A DNA stretch of 30,552 nt from an uncultured Candidatus Saccharibacteria bacterium (GCA_964349965.1 CAYGIL010000001.1:1-30552), one strand, 5' to 3'; counted from the first letter of the stretch, positions 1 through 9,117 are shown. Notes: a model not told the origin generated them from the letters alone. Made by a program: numbers and translations.

Positions 1-1689
1 ACAAAAGGCATAACGAGTAAATGGTTCTACCACGCAATAGTAAAAATACTTAAAGAGAAAACACTTGATAGTATCATCGATTATATACCAAAAGATATCT
101 TAGAAAAATATCACTTGCCTTCGCTCAAGACTGCACTCATTTGGATTCACACTCCGCAAAATGCAAAAGATGCTGAGTCTGCTCGTAAACGCTTTGCTTT
201 CGAAGAAGTCTTTTGCATTCAGCTCGAACGTCAACACGACAAACTTGAATACAGAAAGAATAAATCATTTCAAATTAAACGAGAAGAAAAAGAGATCCAA
301 GAATTTTTAAAAAGATTTCCCTTTACTCCGACTACTGCTCAGATTAAATCAATCGAGACCATTCTAGAAGATATGGGAAAAACATTCCCAATGTCGCGAC
401 TCCTAGAGGGTGATGTAGGCTCTGGTAAAACCGCCGTAGCTGCGACCGCAGCATATGCGACCGTGATGGAGCGGCCACAAAACAGCGACGGTTCGCGTCA
501 AAAGTTTGGAAACCTCCAACTCGCCTACATGGCACCGACGGAAATCCTTGCAACTCAACACTTTGAATCGTTTATAAAATATTTTAAACATTTACCGATC
601 AATATCGGACTCATTACTGGCTCTGGTTGTCGCAAATTCCCTTCCAAACTCAATCCTGAGGGATGGACGACGATCTCTCGCACACAACTTTTAAAATGGG
701 TACGCGAAGGCACTATGCCGATCCTGATCGGCACACATGCACTTATCCAAAAGACTGTAAAATTCAAAGATCTCGGACTCGTCGTTATCGACGAGCAGCA
801 TCGCTTTGGAACCGCGCAACGTCGCAAGCTTGTCAGGAAAGACGGCCTCGCACCACATTTGCTTTCGATGACCGCAACCCCGATACCACGCACACTCGCC
901 CTCACGATCTACGGTGATCTTGACCTTTCTCTACTCGACGAGATGCCCTCAGGACGCAAGCAAATCATCACTGAGATTATCCCACCGAACAAACGCTCTC
1001 AGACCTATGATGCAATCCGTAAAGAATTAGAAGCTGGTCGGCAACTCTACGTGATCTGCCCGCGCATCTTCGAACCTGACCCGGAGAAAGAACTCGCCCT
1101 CAACGTAAAGTCTACGACCGAGGAAGCAAAGCGCTTAAAAAAGGAAGTCTTCCGGGAGTACGAGATCGGGGTCTTGCACAGTAAAATGAGCAAGGAAAAA
1201 AAGGAGAAAGTGATGCAAGAATTTTCTGAAGGAAAAATTGATATCCTCTGTGCCACTTCAGTCGTCGAAGTCGGCGTCAACGTTCCAAACGCAACGATCA
1301 TCATTATCGAAGGCGCAGAACGTTTCGGTCTCGCCCAGCTGCATCAGCTTCGCGGCCGAGTGATCCGAAGTTCGCATCAGGCATATTGTTACATATTCGC
1401 GGAAGCAAAAAGTGAAAAAACAATGGAACGTCTGAAGGCTCTCAAGACTGCTAAAAATGGTTTTGAGCTCGCTGAACTCGACCTCGGACTGCGAGGTGCG
1501 GGAGAGCTCGGCGGAAGCAAGCAGTGGGGTATCACTGACCTCGGAATGGAAGCAATCAAAAATATAAAAATGGTTGAGGCTGCACGCACGGAAGCGACAC
1601 GCCTCATCGGCGAAGACCCCGAACTCACCATGTACCCACACCTAAAACAAAAGGTAAAAGAAAAAGCGGGAGAGTTTCATTTTGAATAA
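1..1689 (+). CDS. recG: ATP-dependent DNA helicase RecG (5'-partial)
   Basis: Frame is open from base 1. SF2 motifs RLLEGDVGSGKT, APTEILATQH, VVIDEQHRFG, SMTATPIPRTL, ATSVVEVGVNVP, QLHQLRGRV; RecG C-terminal DLGLRGAGE. Confidence 0.95.
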   Translation, partial: TKGITSKWFYHAIVKILKEKTLDSIIDYIPKDILEKYHLPSLKTALIWIHTPQNAKDAESARKRFAFEEVFCIQLERQHDKLEYRKNKSFQIKREEKEIQEFLKRFPFTPTTAQIKSIETILEDMGKTFPMSRLLEGDVGSGKTAVAATAAYATVMERPQNSDGSRQKFGNLQLAYMAPTEILATQHFESFIKYFKHLPINIGLITGSGCRKFPSKLNPEGWTTISRTQLLKWVREGTMPILIGTHALIQKTVKFKDLGLVVIDEQHRFGTAQRRKLVRKDGLAPHLLSMTATPIPRTLALTIYGDLDLSLLDEMPSGRKQIITEIIPPNKRSQTYDAIRKELEAGRQLYVICPRIFEPDPEKELALNVKSTTEEAKRLKKEVFREYEIGVLHSKMSKEKKEKVMQEFSEGKIDILCATSVVEVGVNVPNATIIIIEGAERFGLAQLHQLRGRVIRSSHQAYCYIFAEAKSEKTMERLKALKTAKNGFELAELDLGLRGAGELGGSKQWGITDLGMEAIKNIKMVEAARTEATRLIGEDPELTMYPHLKQKVKEKAGEFHFE

Positions 1690-1696
1690 AACATAA

Positions 1697-1734
1697 AGCC
1701 ACGTGGCGGAGAGGAAATTCTCCACTACGTGGCT
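1697..1734 (-). terminator. Hairpin between convergent recG and a microprotein ORF
   Basis: Minus strand AGCCACGT-agt-GGAGA loop TCTCC-gcc-ACGTGGCT followed by TTATGTTTT. Confidence 0.65.
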
Positions 1735-1763
1735 AAAGCACTTCATCTCGTTAGGTTCCTCAA

Positions 1764-1934
1764 TCAAACGATGTCTTGTGCCTTTTTTTGACGAACTTTG
1801 GCTGCGTCTGCAGCCTTTTCATCATTTTCTTTAGCGGTCTGAGCTTCCTCAGCCGCCAGCTTCGCAACCTGCTCACGACGAATCTCCTCGAGATTCGCCA
1901 GAGCACGACGTATATGTTTTTTATTGATTTTCAC
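1764..1934 (-). CDS. 56-aa charged, helical microprotein (not in ORF track)
   Basis: AAGGAGGGG precedes GTG at 1934. Translation MKINKKHIRRALANLEEIRREQVAKLAAEEAQTAKENDEKAADAAKVRQKKAQDIV, TGA at 1764, then a terminator-like hairpin. Confidence 0.6.
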   Translation of the reverse strand: MKINKKHIRRALANLEEIRREQVAKLAAEEAQTAKENDEKAADAAKVRQKKAQDIV

Positions 1935-2115
1935 TTCCGCCCCCTCCTTGAGGGCTAAAAGGCTAAAATAACCTTTATCTAAGGTAAGAAAAACATATCA
2001 AAAGAGAGAATGCAAGGGAATTAAACACTTTAGATTTTACAATCTTTAAATTATCAGTTTCAAACGACCGTCTATATTTGCCGAGTAACATCTTAAAAAA
2101 TTCGAATATTTATTC

Positions 2116-2670
2116 TTATTTATAACTTGGTTTGATTTCTTCCTGGCCTGACACGTGACTTGAAATACGTGCGAGGGAGTATAGAAGGCTCGAGAGGCGG
2201 TTGAGGTATGCGAGTGTTCCCCCACTTACTGTCACTTTCCCTTCTTCGTGTACTGCAATCACGCGGCGTTCTGCGCGACGCACGAGCGTACGAGCAAAAT
2301 CAAACAGCGCGCCGATCTCGGTCGCACCGCTAATAAAAAATGTTTGAATTGGCGGAAGGATTTTCTCGATACTGTCTACAATATCCTCAACTTTTTTTAT
2401 TTTGTCCTCAGTGATACCCATCTCAGCTCCAGCGACTTCGGCTTGCACGATAAATAAGTTCTGCTGCACTTCGAGCATAAGCTCTGCGCTATTTACTTTT
2501 TCAAAAATATCAAAAGAGAGATCGTGCGTTTTCGCACGGATAATTCCGAGATATGAGTTGAATTCATCGAGTGCGCCGAGTGCTTCGGCAACGTTTGAGC
2601 TTTTGGAGATGCGCTGATCACAGCCGAAGGTCTTGGTCATACCATCATCACCTTTTCTTGTGTAAAGCAT
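2116..2670 (-). CDS. pduO: Cob(I)alamin adenosyltransferase, PduO type
   Basis: YTRKGDDG, ALGALDEFNS, ARTLVRRAERR and YLNRLSSLLY motifs. Confidence 0.92.
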   Translation of the reverse strand: MLYTRKGDDGMTKTFGCDQRISKSSNVAEALGALDEFNSYLGIIRAKTHDLSFDIFEKVNSAELMLEVQQNLFIVQAEVAGAEMGITEDKIKKVEDIVDSIEKILPPIQTFFISGATEIGALFDFARTLVRRAERRVIAVHEEGKVTVSGGTLAYLNRLSSLLYSLARISSHVSGQEEIKPSYK

Positions 2671-2697
2671 AGAAGTATGTCTAAGAAAGAGTTTGAC

Positions 2698-5013
2698 TTA
2701 GATTTCACAGACACCCGAAACACATGCAAACTCTTTGGCACCAGTCGTATTGTCACTTGCTTCGTATTGAGAGAGCTTTGAGAAATCTATTTTCCCGATT
2801 GCCTTTGCCCTTTTTTCGTATTCTTCTTTGCTGATCGCTTCGTACGGTGCGAGCTGATACACGTGCTCAGATCGAGGCAGGAATGACATACCACCAACGA
2901 AATCCCAATTTTCATACACAAAGTTTCCCACCGCGAGCCACTCATCCGGACCGACATAAATCGTCGCTGAAGGATTGTGCTCTACGAAATGCTCTTTGAG
3001 CCTCTTCCATTCTTTCATGAGATCGAGCGCTGAAACTTCATCTTTGAAGATCGCACCTTCGGGAGCCTTTACCGGGAACTCGAGAACAAACGTCGTCGCA
3101 GTTTCTGCTGACTGACCCACTTCTGGCAAGCAAGGTACACCCTGATCCTTTGCCATTTTCATGAGCGTATCAGTATGCGAAATACGAACACGTCGAATAA
3201 AGTATTTTGAAAACCAAGGGTGCATACCGGAACCGACGCCGAGGAGCTGTCCGGAGTTACCGTGCGGCTTTACGCAAGTAATCGCTGTTGATTGATTGAT
3301 ACCGAAACGCTTTGCATACTTTTTATTCACTTCGATCGCTTCGAGACGAAGCATATCGAGGACCTTGTCATCGCGAATAGTCGGATTGTCGTAGTAGCCT
3401 GTAAGTGACACACCGAGGAGTCGCTCCTCTTCACAGTTCTTCTTCCACTCTTTAGAAAGATATCCGAAATTTGTAAGGGTAGACTGATACGTACCGAGGA
3501 GAGTTGCAAGTTCCATCTTTCGCTTGAGCGTCTGTACCGTATCACTCGGACGGATCACGATACTGGTGAGATTACAAAACTGCTTTGAACGCAAATAAAT
3601 TTCACCGCATGGGTTAAGCCCGATTTGACGCTCGTCTTTGATCGCAGCCCAGCGACGTGCAGGCACTTGCTTCTCGAGTCCACCGCGGTTAAATATTCCT
3701 CGCTCACCGGACTTTGATTTTACAAGCGCAGTCCATTCATCCAAAAATTCTTCAGCACTTGGCTTTGCGTGATACACTGCGGAATTATTTGCCATACTAC
3801 GCTGTGGCTCCGTTAGATAAAACTGACCCTTCTTAGCATCACGCATTTCCGAATCTTCGAGCTCTGATACTGAGATAAGTGCACTACGTCGTACGCCTCC
3901 TGCAACTACAATCATACCGATCTGACAGATGAGGTCATGCATGTCGAGGTTGGAAAGTCTCCTGCCTTGCTTGGACAAAATCTTTCTGCGTGCGAAATCC
4001 ATGAGGTCCATCAAGGGCTGCGGACCAGAAGCACGTCCACCCGCAGTTTCGAGTCGAGCACCAGCCGGACGGATCTGTGAATAGTCAAAAGTCACATCAT
4101 GACCACCAAACCACTTTTCGAGTCCATGCACAAATGCATCTGCCCAGCCTTCCTTGCTGTCTTTGACGACATACACACTAGGCTTTTCTTTTACTTGTTT
4201 CTTGATCTGCGGGAATTGCTGTACATTTTCCCATTCCACTGCAAAGCCGAGTCCAGCACCACACATAGATACATACATGATCTCACCTAGGTCCTGAAAC
4301 GAAGTTGGGGCTATATATGAACAGTTGTATGCCCATACGTTTGAATTTCGGCATGCCTTGCCCGCAGACCAGAAAAGCCGCATCGAAGGGCAAATCTCTT
4401 GATTTAATATTGCCTGTCTTAAATCTTCGTACTCCTTCTTTGTGAGCTTGTCACCTAGGTTCTCTCTCATATATTCCATATAGCGGTCTATCGTCTCAAT
4501 CCAAGTTTCCCGCCTACCGAGTTCTGGCACCCAACGAGCATAAAATTGGTAAAAGATATATTCTGCATACGGACTCACAAAATACTTACTACTTTCTTCC
4601 ACTGCCTTACGGACATCTTCACGAACTGGGCCAAAGGTTGCTCGGAGCTCTGAACGCTTGTTTCGGTACAAGATGTACTTCTTGGCAGTCTCAGTATAAT
4701 GCTTCTTCATGAGCTCTTTCTCCACCATATCCTGTACGAGTTCCACTGTAGGCAGAAAAACTGCCTTTTTATGCTTTGTTACTATTTCCTCACGTAGATC
4801 GAGGAGAGACTTAAACACGCTATTTGCCACTACCTGAGACTCACCTTCACCTCCTTCGCTCGTTACCTCAAACGCCTTTCGAACTGCGTTTACAATAATA
4901 TCCAAATCAAATGGTACTACCTCACCTGTACGTTTCCGTATCGACTTTATCTTTGCGAGCTCATTCTTTGAGAATTTTTCGACTGTTTTTAATTTTTGTG
5001 TTTTTGTTTTCAT
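2698..5013 (-). CDS. nrdJ: Class II (adenosylcobalamin-dependent) ribonucleotide reductase with N-terminal ATP-cone
   Basis: ATP-cone IRKRTGEVVPFD; AYNCSY, VAGGVRRSALIS, RSMANNS, NPCGEI, QFCNLT, ERLLGVSLTG; C-terminal CVSGVCEI; PduO gene adjacent and no beta-subunit gene adjacent. Confidence 0.9.
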   Translation of the reverse strand: MKTKTQKLKTVEKFSKNELAKIKSIRKRTGEVVPFDLDIIVNAVRKAFEVTSEGGEGESQVVANSVFKSLLDLREEIVTKHKKAVFLPTVELVQDMVEKELMKKHYTETAKKYILYRNKRSELRATFGPVREDVRKAVEESSKYFVSPYAEYIFYQFYARWVPELGRRETWIETIDRYMEYMRENLGDKLTKKEYEDLRQAILNQEICPSMRLFWSAGKACRNSNVWAYNCSYIAPTSFQDLGEIMYVSMCGAGLGFAVEWENVQQFPQIKKQVKEKPSVYVVKDSKEGWADAFVHGLEKWFGGHDVTFDYSQIRPAGARLETAGGRASGPQPLMDLMDFARRKILSKQGRRLSNLDMHDLICQIGMIVVAGGVRRSALISVSELEDSEMRDAKKGQFYLTEPQRSMANNSAVYHAKPSAEEFLDEWTALVKSKSGERGIFNRGGLEKQVPARRWAAIKDERQIGLNPCGEIYLRSKQFCNLTSIVIRPSDTVQTLKRKMELATLLGTYQSTLTNFGYLSKEWKKNCEEERLLGVSLTGYYDNPTIRDDKVLDMLRLEAIEVNKKYAKRFGINQSTAITCVKPHGNSGQLLGVGSGMHPWFSKYFIRRVRISHTDTLMKMAKDQGVPCLPEVGQSAETATTFVLEFPVKAPEGAIFKDEVSALDLMKEWKRLKEHFVEHNPSATIYVGPDEWLAVGNFVYENWDFVGGMSFLPRSEHVYQLAPYEAISKEEYEKRAKAIGKIDFSKLSQYEASDNTTGAKEFACVSGVCEI

Positions 5014-5018
5014 TTGAT

Positions 5019-5564
5019 TTAGATTGTGTTAGGTTCGAGGTTGATAATAGAAGTAACAGGTTCGGTGCGTCGCTTACGTACAAGGAAATTATAAATTCCC
5101 GGAGACAAGACTGCAGCAAAAGTTACATTCCCAAGTAAATGCATCGCGGTAAACGGTATTTGACCAACAAGTGCAGCCATAAACGGCTGATCAAAGAAAA
5201 GCGGACCAGTCAAAAGCCCTGTGACTCCGTCAAAAAAGAGTGTGGCAACCAATGCAAAGCCCACAAACTGACCCCGTGTAGCCTTTCGATTCTTAAAATA
5301 ACACCCTGAAGCGATACCGATGATTCCGTATGAAAATGAAGTGAGTACTGTCCAGAGCCCTATAGTGCCCGTTACTGCGTCATATATAAGTATGCTCAAA
5401 AATCCGAAAAGAAACCCAGCAAAAGCCCCGTATGCCTTACCAAATGGCATCGCCGCGGTCATAATCGGCTCTATGTTTGGTGCTCGGAAGGGTATAAGCC
5501 GAATAAAAAGACATGCCATCAAGCCTAATACAAAATGAAAATAATTTTTGTTATCTTGTGTCAT
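5019..5564 (-). CDS. ECF transporter S component, CbrT-like (putative cobalamin uptake)
   Basis: Multi-TM protein with RLIPFRAPNIEP...G..AG...G.....YD...G.IGLWT, resembling the CbrT PNVxP...GxGPWT pattern; upstream of nrdJ-pduO. The track ATG at 5618 overlaps a TATAAT box, so ATG 5564 is preferred. Confidence 0.7.
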   Translation of the reverse strand: MTQDNKNYFHFVLGLMACLFIRLIPFRAPNIEPIMTAAMPFGKAYGAFAGFLFGFLSILIYDAVTGTIGLWTVLTSFSYGIIGIASGCYFKNRKATRGQFVGFALVATLFFDGVTGLLTGPLFFDQPFMAALVGQIPFTAMHLLGNVTFAAVLSPGIYNFLVRKRRTEPVTSIINLEPNTI

Positions 5565-5757
5565 AAAAGGTTTTAAAAATTTTAAACTTTCCAAACAGCG
5601 CAAAGGTCGTCCGTTCATTATACAGGAAAAGTAGTAAAAATTAGACAGTGGAAAACTAAAAATTAGAGTAATTTTCGAAGCAGAAAACAGTCCAAAAAAA
5701 ATGTCAAAAAAGTCCGGTTTTCGGCCATATATAATAGCGTATTTTTATATTAACTTG

Positions 5758-5831
5758 TCCGTCCTCTTGGATTCGAACCAAGGACCCCAGAGGTATAAGC
5801 TCTGTGCTCTAACCAACTGAGCTAAGGACGG
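5758..5831 (-). tRNA. tRNA-Ile (anticodon UAU)
   Basis: Cloverleaf CCGTCCT TA GCTC-AGTTGGTTA-GAGC A CAGAG-CTTATAC-CTCTG GGGTC CTTGG-TTCGAAT-CCAAG AGGACGG A; anticodon TAT at 5797-5795; CCA not encoded. Confidence 0.92.
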
Positions 5832-5839
5832 GGTTAGAT

Positions 5840-7756
5840 CTAACTCACTTTCTCTTTTTCCTCTTTCTTTTTTAGCACAATTCCGTGCACAGTCAAAATT
5901 TTCTCGTATTCTTCCTGCTCGAGGGTCTCAACTTCTATAAGTTTTGTAGCGATCGCCTCAAATGCATTTTTGTGTTCACTGATCACTTTTTCTGCAGAAT
6001 TAAACCCATCACGCACGAGTCGGGATACCTCAGCGTCTACTTTCATCGCGATGTCTTCTGAATGTTCTCTCTCGGGTATTTCGGCATACATGCTCCTACC
6101 GCCGTTGTTTGTGAGAGTTATTGGACCGATAACGTCTGACATACCAAACCTCGTTACCATCGCGCGTGCGAGGTTCGTTGCAGCCTGAAGGTCGCTCGAA
6201 GGACCCGTCGTCACGTCACCAAACATAGTTTGCTCGGCAACGTATCCACCGAGAGATACTGCGATATCATCGATAAATTCCTTTTTCGACTGCAATCTGC
6301 GGTCTTCGAGAGGAAGCTTGAGCGTATACCCGCCAGCGCTCCCGCGTGAAATGATCGAAACCTTGTGTACCGGATCTGCGTTTGGAAGTACTGACGCGAC
6401 GAGCGCGTGGCCTGCTTCGTGATATGCAGTGATTTCTTTTTCTTTCTTTGAAAGGAGGTGACTCTTGCGCTCTGGTCCGAGCATGACCTTCTCGATCGCA
6501 CGGATGAGGTCAAACTGAAACACTTTCTTGCGGTTCTCTCGCGCAGCAAGTATCGCACCTTCGTTCATGAGCGAATACAAGTCTGCACCAGAGAATCCCG
6601 GAGTGCGTTCTGCGATAAGTTTTAGATTTACGTCTTCTGCGAGTGGCTTTTTGGTAGCATGAATTTCAAGTATCGCCTCGCGATCTGCACGGTCAGGCAC
6701 ATCAAGCATGACCTTTCGGTCAAAACGTCCCGGACGAACGAGTGCAGGATCAAGCACATCCGGCCTGTTTGTAGCTGCCATCACGATCACTTTATCGTTT
6801 GGCTCAAAGCCATCCATTTCGACAAGTATTTGATTGAGTGTTTGCTCACGTTCGTCGTTCCCTCCGCCAAATCCTCCGCCACGTGTGCGTCCGATCGCGT
6901 CTATCTCATCTACGAATATTATCGCCGGCGCTGCACGTTTGGCCATCTTGAAAAGGTCTCGCACTCTAGACGCCCCGACACCAACGAACATCTCGACAAA
7001 TTCACTACCAGAAAGGTGAAAGAACGGCACACTCGCCTCTCCTGCAACCGCTCGCGCAAGCAAGGTCTTGCCCGTACCCGGTGCACCAGTCAAAATCACA
7101 CCCTTTGGAATTCGTGCTCCGATATCGAGGAATTTCTTTGGACTCTTCAAAAAGTCTACGATCTCTTTGAGTTCCTCTTTTGCTTCTTTACAACCTGCAA
7201 CATCCTTAAAGGTCACGCGGTTATTTTTATCATTAGGGTCCGTAATGCGCGCCTTTGATTGCCCAAAGGAAAGCGCCTGAATACCCGCCCCCTTTACCTG
7301 CCTAGACATATACCAGAAGAAAATCACTATAAAGAGTATTGGAAGTAAAAACGGCAAAACATTCAAAAGCCAAAAACCAAATCCACTTTCATTTTTTATT
7401 TCGATCTCCGTACTAGCGAGTGTCGCTCCCGAAACTTCGTAATTCGAAAGAGTGTCAGAAAGAGACGAACCTGCTTCCTTTTTTGATTTCTTTATTGAGT
7501 CATCTTTATAAGTGATCGTAAGCTCTTCGCCTTCAACAAGGATTTTCTTCACATCGCCTAGAACCACACTCTTGGCAAGCTCTGAGATCGGAATTTCAGG
7601 AATCTTCTTGTTGTCTCCAGAAAAGGCAATATATATCGCAGTAATAAGCATAAAGATAAAAACCGCGCCAACGATACTACTGCCGAATTTTGCACCTTCA
7701 GGCTTCTTTTTAAGCTTACCGTTACTGTCTTTTTTGTTTAGAAATTCAAAGTCCAT
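5840..7756 (-). CDS. ftsH: ATP-dependent zinc metalloprotease FtsH
   Basis: Two TM segments, [37 protein letters not shown]. Start moved to ATG 7756, 6 nt after TG-T-TATAAT. Confidence 0.97.
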   Translation of the reverse strand: MDFEFLNKKDSNGKLKKKPEGAKFGSSIVGAVFIFMLITAIYIAFSGDNKKIPEIPISELAKSVVLGDVKKILVEGEELTITYKDDSIKKSKKEAGSSLSDTLSNYEVSGATLASTEIEIKNESGFGFWLLNVLPFLLPILFIVIFFWYMSRQVKGAGIQALSFGQSKARITDPNDKNNRVTFKDVAGCKEAKEELKEIVDFLKSPKKFLDIGARIPKGVILTGAPGTGKTLLARAVAGEASVPFFHLSGSEFVEMFVGVGASRVRDLFKMAKRAAPAIIFVDEIDAIGRTRGGGFGGGNDEREQTLNQILVEMDGFEPNDKVIVMAATNRPDVLDPALVRPGRFDRKVMLDVPDRADREAILEIHATKKPLAEDVNLKLIAERTPGFSGADLYSLMNEGAILAARENRKKVFQFDLIRAIEKVMLGPERKSHLLSKKEKEITAYHEAGHALVASVLPNADPVHKVSIISRGSAGGYTLKLPLEDRRLQSKKEFIDDIAVSLGGYVAEQTMFGDVTTGPSSDLQAATNLARAMVTRFGMSDVIGPITLTNNGGRSMYAEIPEREHSEDIAMKVDAEVSRLVRDGFNSAEKVISEHKNAFEAIATKLIEVETLEQEEYEKILTVHGIVLKKKEEKEKVS

Positions 7757-7805
7757 ATATAAATTATAACATAAAAATAGCGGAAACAAAAGTACCGAAA
7801 AAAAC

Positions 7806-8486
7806 CTAAAAATCAAGAATTATCGGCAAATGGTCTGAGACCTCCACGTCAGGAACAATGAGACTCTTTACCGGTACGTCCTTGCTCACGTATACATAAT
7901 CAGAATAGTACAGTGGGTTATCAGGGAACCTATCCCAGGCAAAATGATTGCGCGTGGTCTTAATATTGAAGTCCTTAACAAGCTCACGGTAACCTTGTTC
8001 GATAAACATATTATAAGTTTTTGTATCTGGTGATACATTTACATCGCCTCCCACTATCTTGAGTCCTTCTTTACCATGCATAAAATCAATGATAGTTTGT
8101 GATTGCAAAAGCCTAGCTGGGTTATCTCCTTTTTCCGGATGGGCCACTCCATGTATATTGCATAGATGCAATGTTTTCCCTCCAAGATCAATCTCGGTGT
8201 ATAGCACGACACCTTTATCAACATCATCCACTAATAAAGTCTCTGTTTTGCTACATCGAAGATTCTTCCTTATAAAGGTCGCCTGAGCAAACTCTTCATT
8301 TGGAGCTTTCTGAATTTCAAAAAAACTATCATAGAAATCGGGGAGAATATTGCGAACCACATTTATACAGTCCCCTTTTACTTCTTGCAAGCAAAAAATG
8401 TCTGTATCATCTTTATGACTTTCAATAAAACGAGATACTTCTTCTAGCATCTTGCCCTTCCAAATATTCAAAAAGATTATTCGCAT
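7806..8486 (-). CDS. Endonuclease/exonuclease/phosphatase (EEP) family protein
   Basis: LNIW, DIFCLQEV, GGDVN, DYVYVS and SDHLPI motifs; start taken at MRIIFLNIW. Confidence 0.88.
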   Translation of the reverse strand: MRIIFLNIWKGKMLEEVSRFIESHKDDTDIFCLQEVKGDCINVVRNILPDFYDSFFEIQKAPNEEFAQATFIRKNLRCSKTETLLVDDVDKGVVLYTEIDLGGKTLHLCNIHGVAHPEKGDNPARLLQSQTIIDFMHGKEGLKIVGGDVNVSPDTKTYNMFIEQGYRELVKDFNIKTTRNHFAWDRFPDNPLYYSDYVYVSKDVPVKSLIVPDVEVSDHLPIILDF

Positions 8487-8582
8487 ACTGCGCTCAAATA
8501 TACCACACTCCAGAAGACTCTGCGAATAAATATTGTGAACATAGTAAATAATTTGTTGTAATTTATTAACGAAGGAGGAAAT

Positions 8583-8681
8583 ATGCAATCTGGCAGACTC
8601 GTAGCGCGTGCCTGGGTGGCAGGCACGTTAATTGGAGGAGTCCTAATGCTCCTCCTCGGAGGGTATGCCCTAACTCATTAG
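8583..8681 (+). CDS. 32-aa hydrophobic microprotein (not in ORF track)
   Basis: GAAGGAGG precedes ATG 8583; MQSGRLVARAWVAGTLIGGVLMLLLGGYALTH; followed by a 14-bp terminator stem. Confidence 0.6.
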   Translation: MQSGRLVARAWVAGTLIGGVLMLLLGGYALTH

Positions 8682-8686
8682 GGCTC

Positions 8687-8728
8687 ATGCTCGGCAGGAT
8701 CTTTAATCCTGCCGAGCATTTACTTTTT
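8687..8728 (+). terminator. Intrinsic terminator
   Basis: ATGCTCGGCAGGAT-CTTTA-ATCCTGCCGAGCAT, perfect 14-bp stem, then TTACTTTTT. Confidence 0.85.
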
Positions 8729-8750
8729 ACCTCTATACTATTTGATTAAA

Positions 8751-8987
8751 CTACAATAAATGCTTTTTAACAAAAGCGTGACCTGAACCATGTTTTAAAT
8801 ATTTTTCAAAACTAAGTGCTTTCGATTTTTCTTTAAAAGCACAATACCAAATTAGTTCATACGTTCCATGCTTAGTGGTTTTTACAGATTTGTCTTTGTG
8901 ACTTTTGAGTCGAGTCTTTAAATCTTCGCTAAATCCTTTATAAAGTTCGCTTGTCGTTTCATTTTGGAGTATATAAACGTAATACAT
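8751..8987 (-). CDS. Small GIY-YIG nuclease family protein
   Basis: YVYIL...LYKGFSEDLKTRLKSH...ALSFEKYLK; ATG 8987 lies 6 nt after TATACT. Confidence 0.88.
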   Translation of the reverse strand: MYYVYILQNETTSELYKGFSEDLKTRLKSHKDKSVKTTKHGTYELIWYCAFKEKSKALSFEKYLKHGSGHAFVKKHLL

Positions 8988-9002
8988 AACAACAGTATAC
9001 TT

Positions 9003-9030
9003 GCCCTGCGTCGCTAAAGCTATGCAGGGC
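9003..9030. repeat. REP-like palindrome upstream of GIY-YIG
   Basis: Minus strand GCCCTGC-ATAGCTTTAGCGAC-GCAGGGC; similar to the in-frame insert in map. Confidence 0.6.
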
Positions 9031-9044
9031 CACCGCTTCAAACC

Positions 9045-9068
9045 AAAAACGCCCAGAAGGGCGCTTTT
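9045..9068 (-). terminator. Likely terminator downstream of tmRNA
   Basis: Minus strand AAAAGCGCCC-TTCT-GGGCGTTTTT. Confidence 0.7.
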
Positions 9069-9117
9069 TTTCACAGTGCTACGCACTGCGAAGCTCGTTT
9101 ACTAACGAGCGAAGCAG

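Noticed and set aside
2698-5013. Intein or intron in nrdJ
   Set aside because: The ORF is continuous and its length is accounted for by the ATP-cone plus catalytic domain; no intein splice motifs were seen.
5565-5757. Cobalamin riboswitch upstream of the B12 cassette
   Set aside because: The region is short and AT-rich, with no B12-box or recognisable paired elements.
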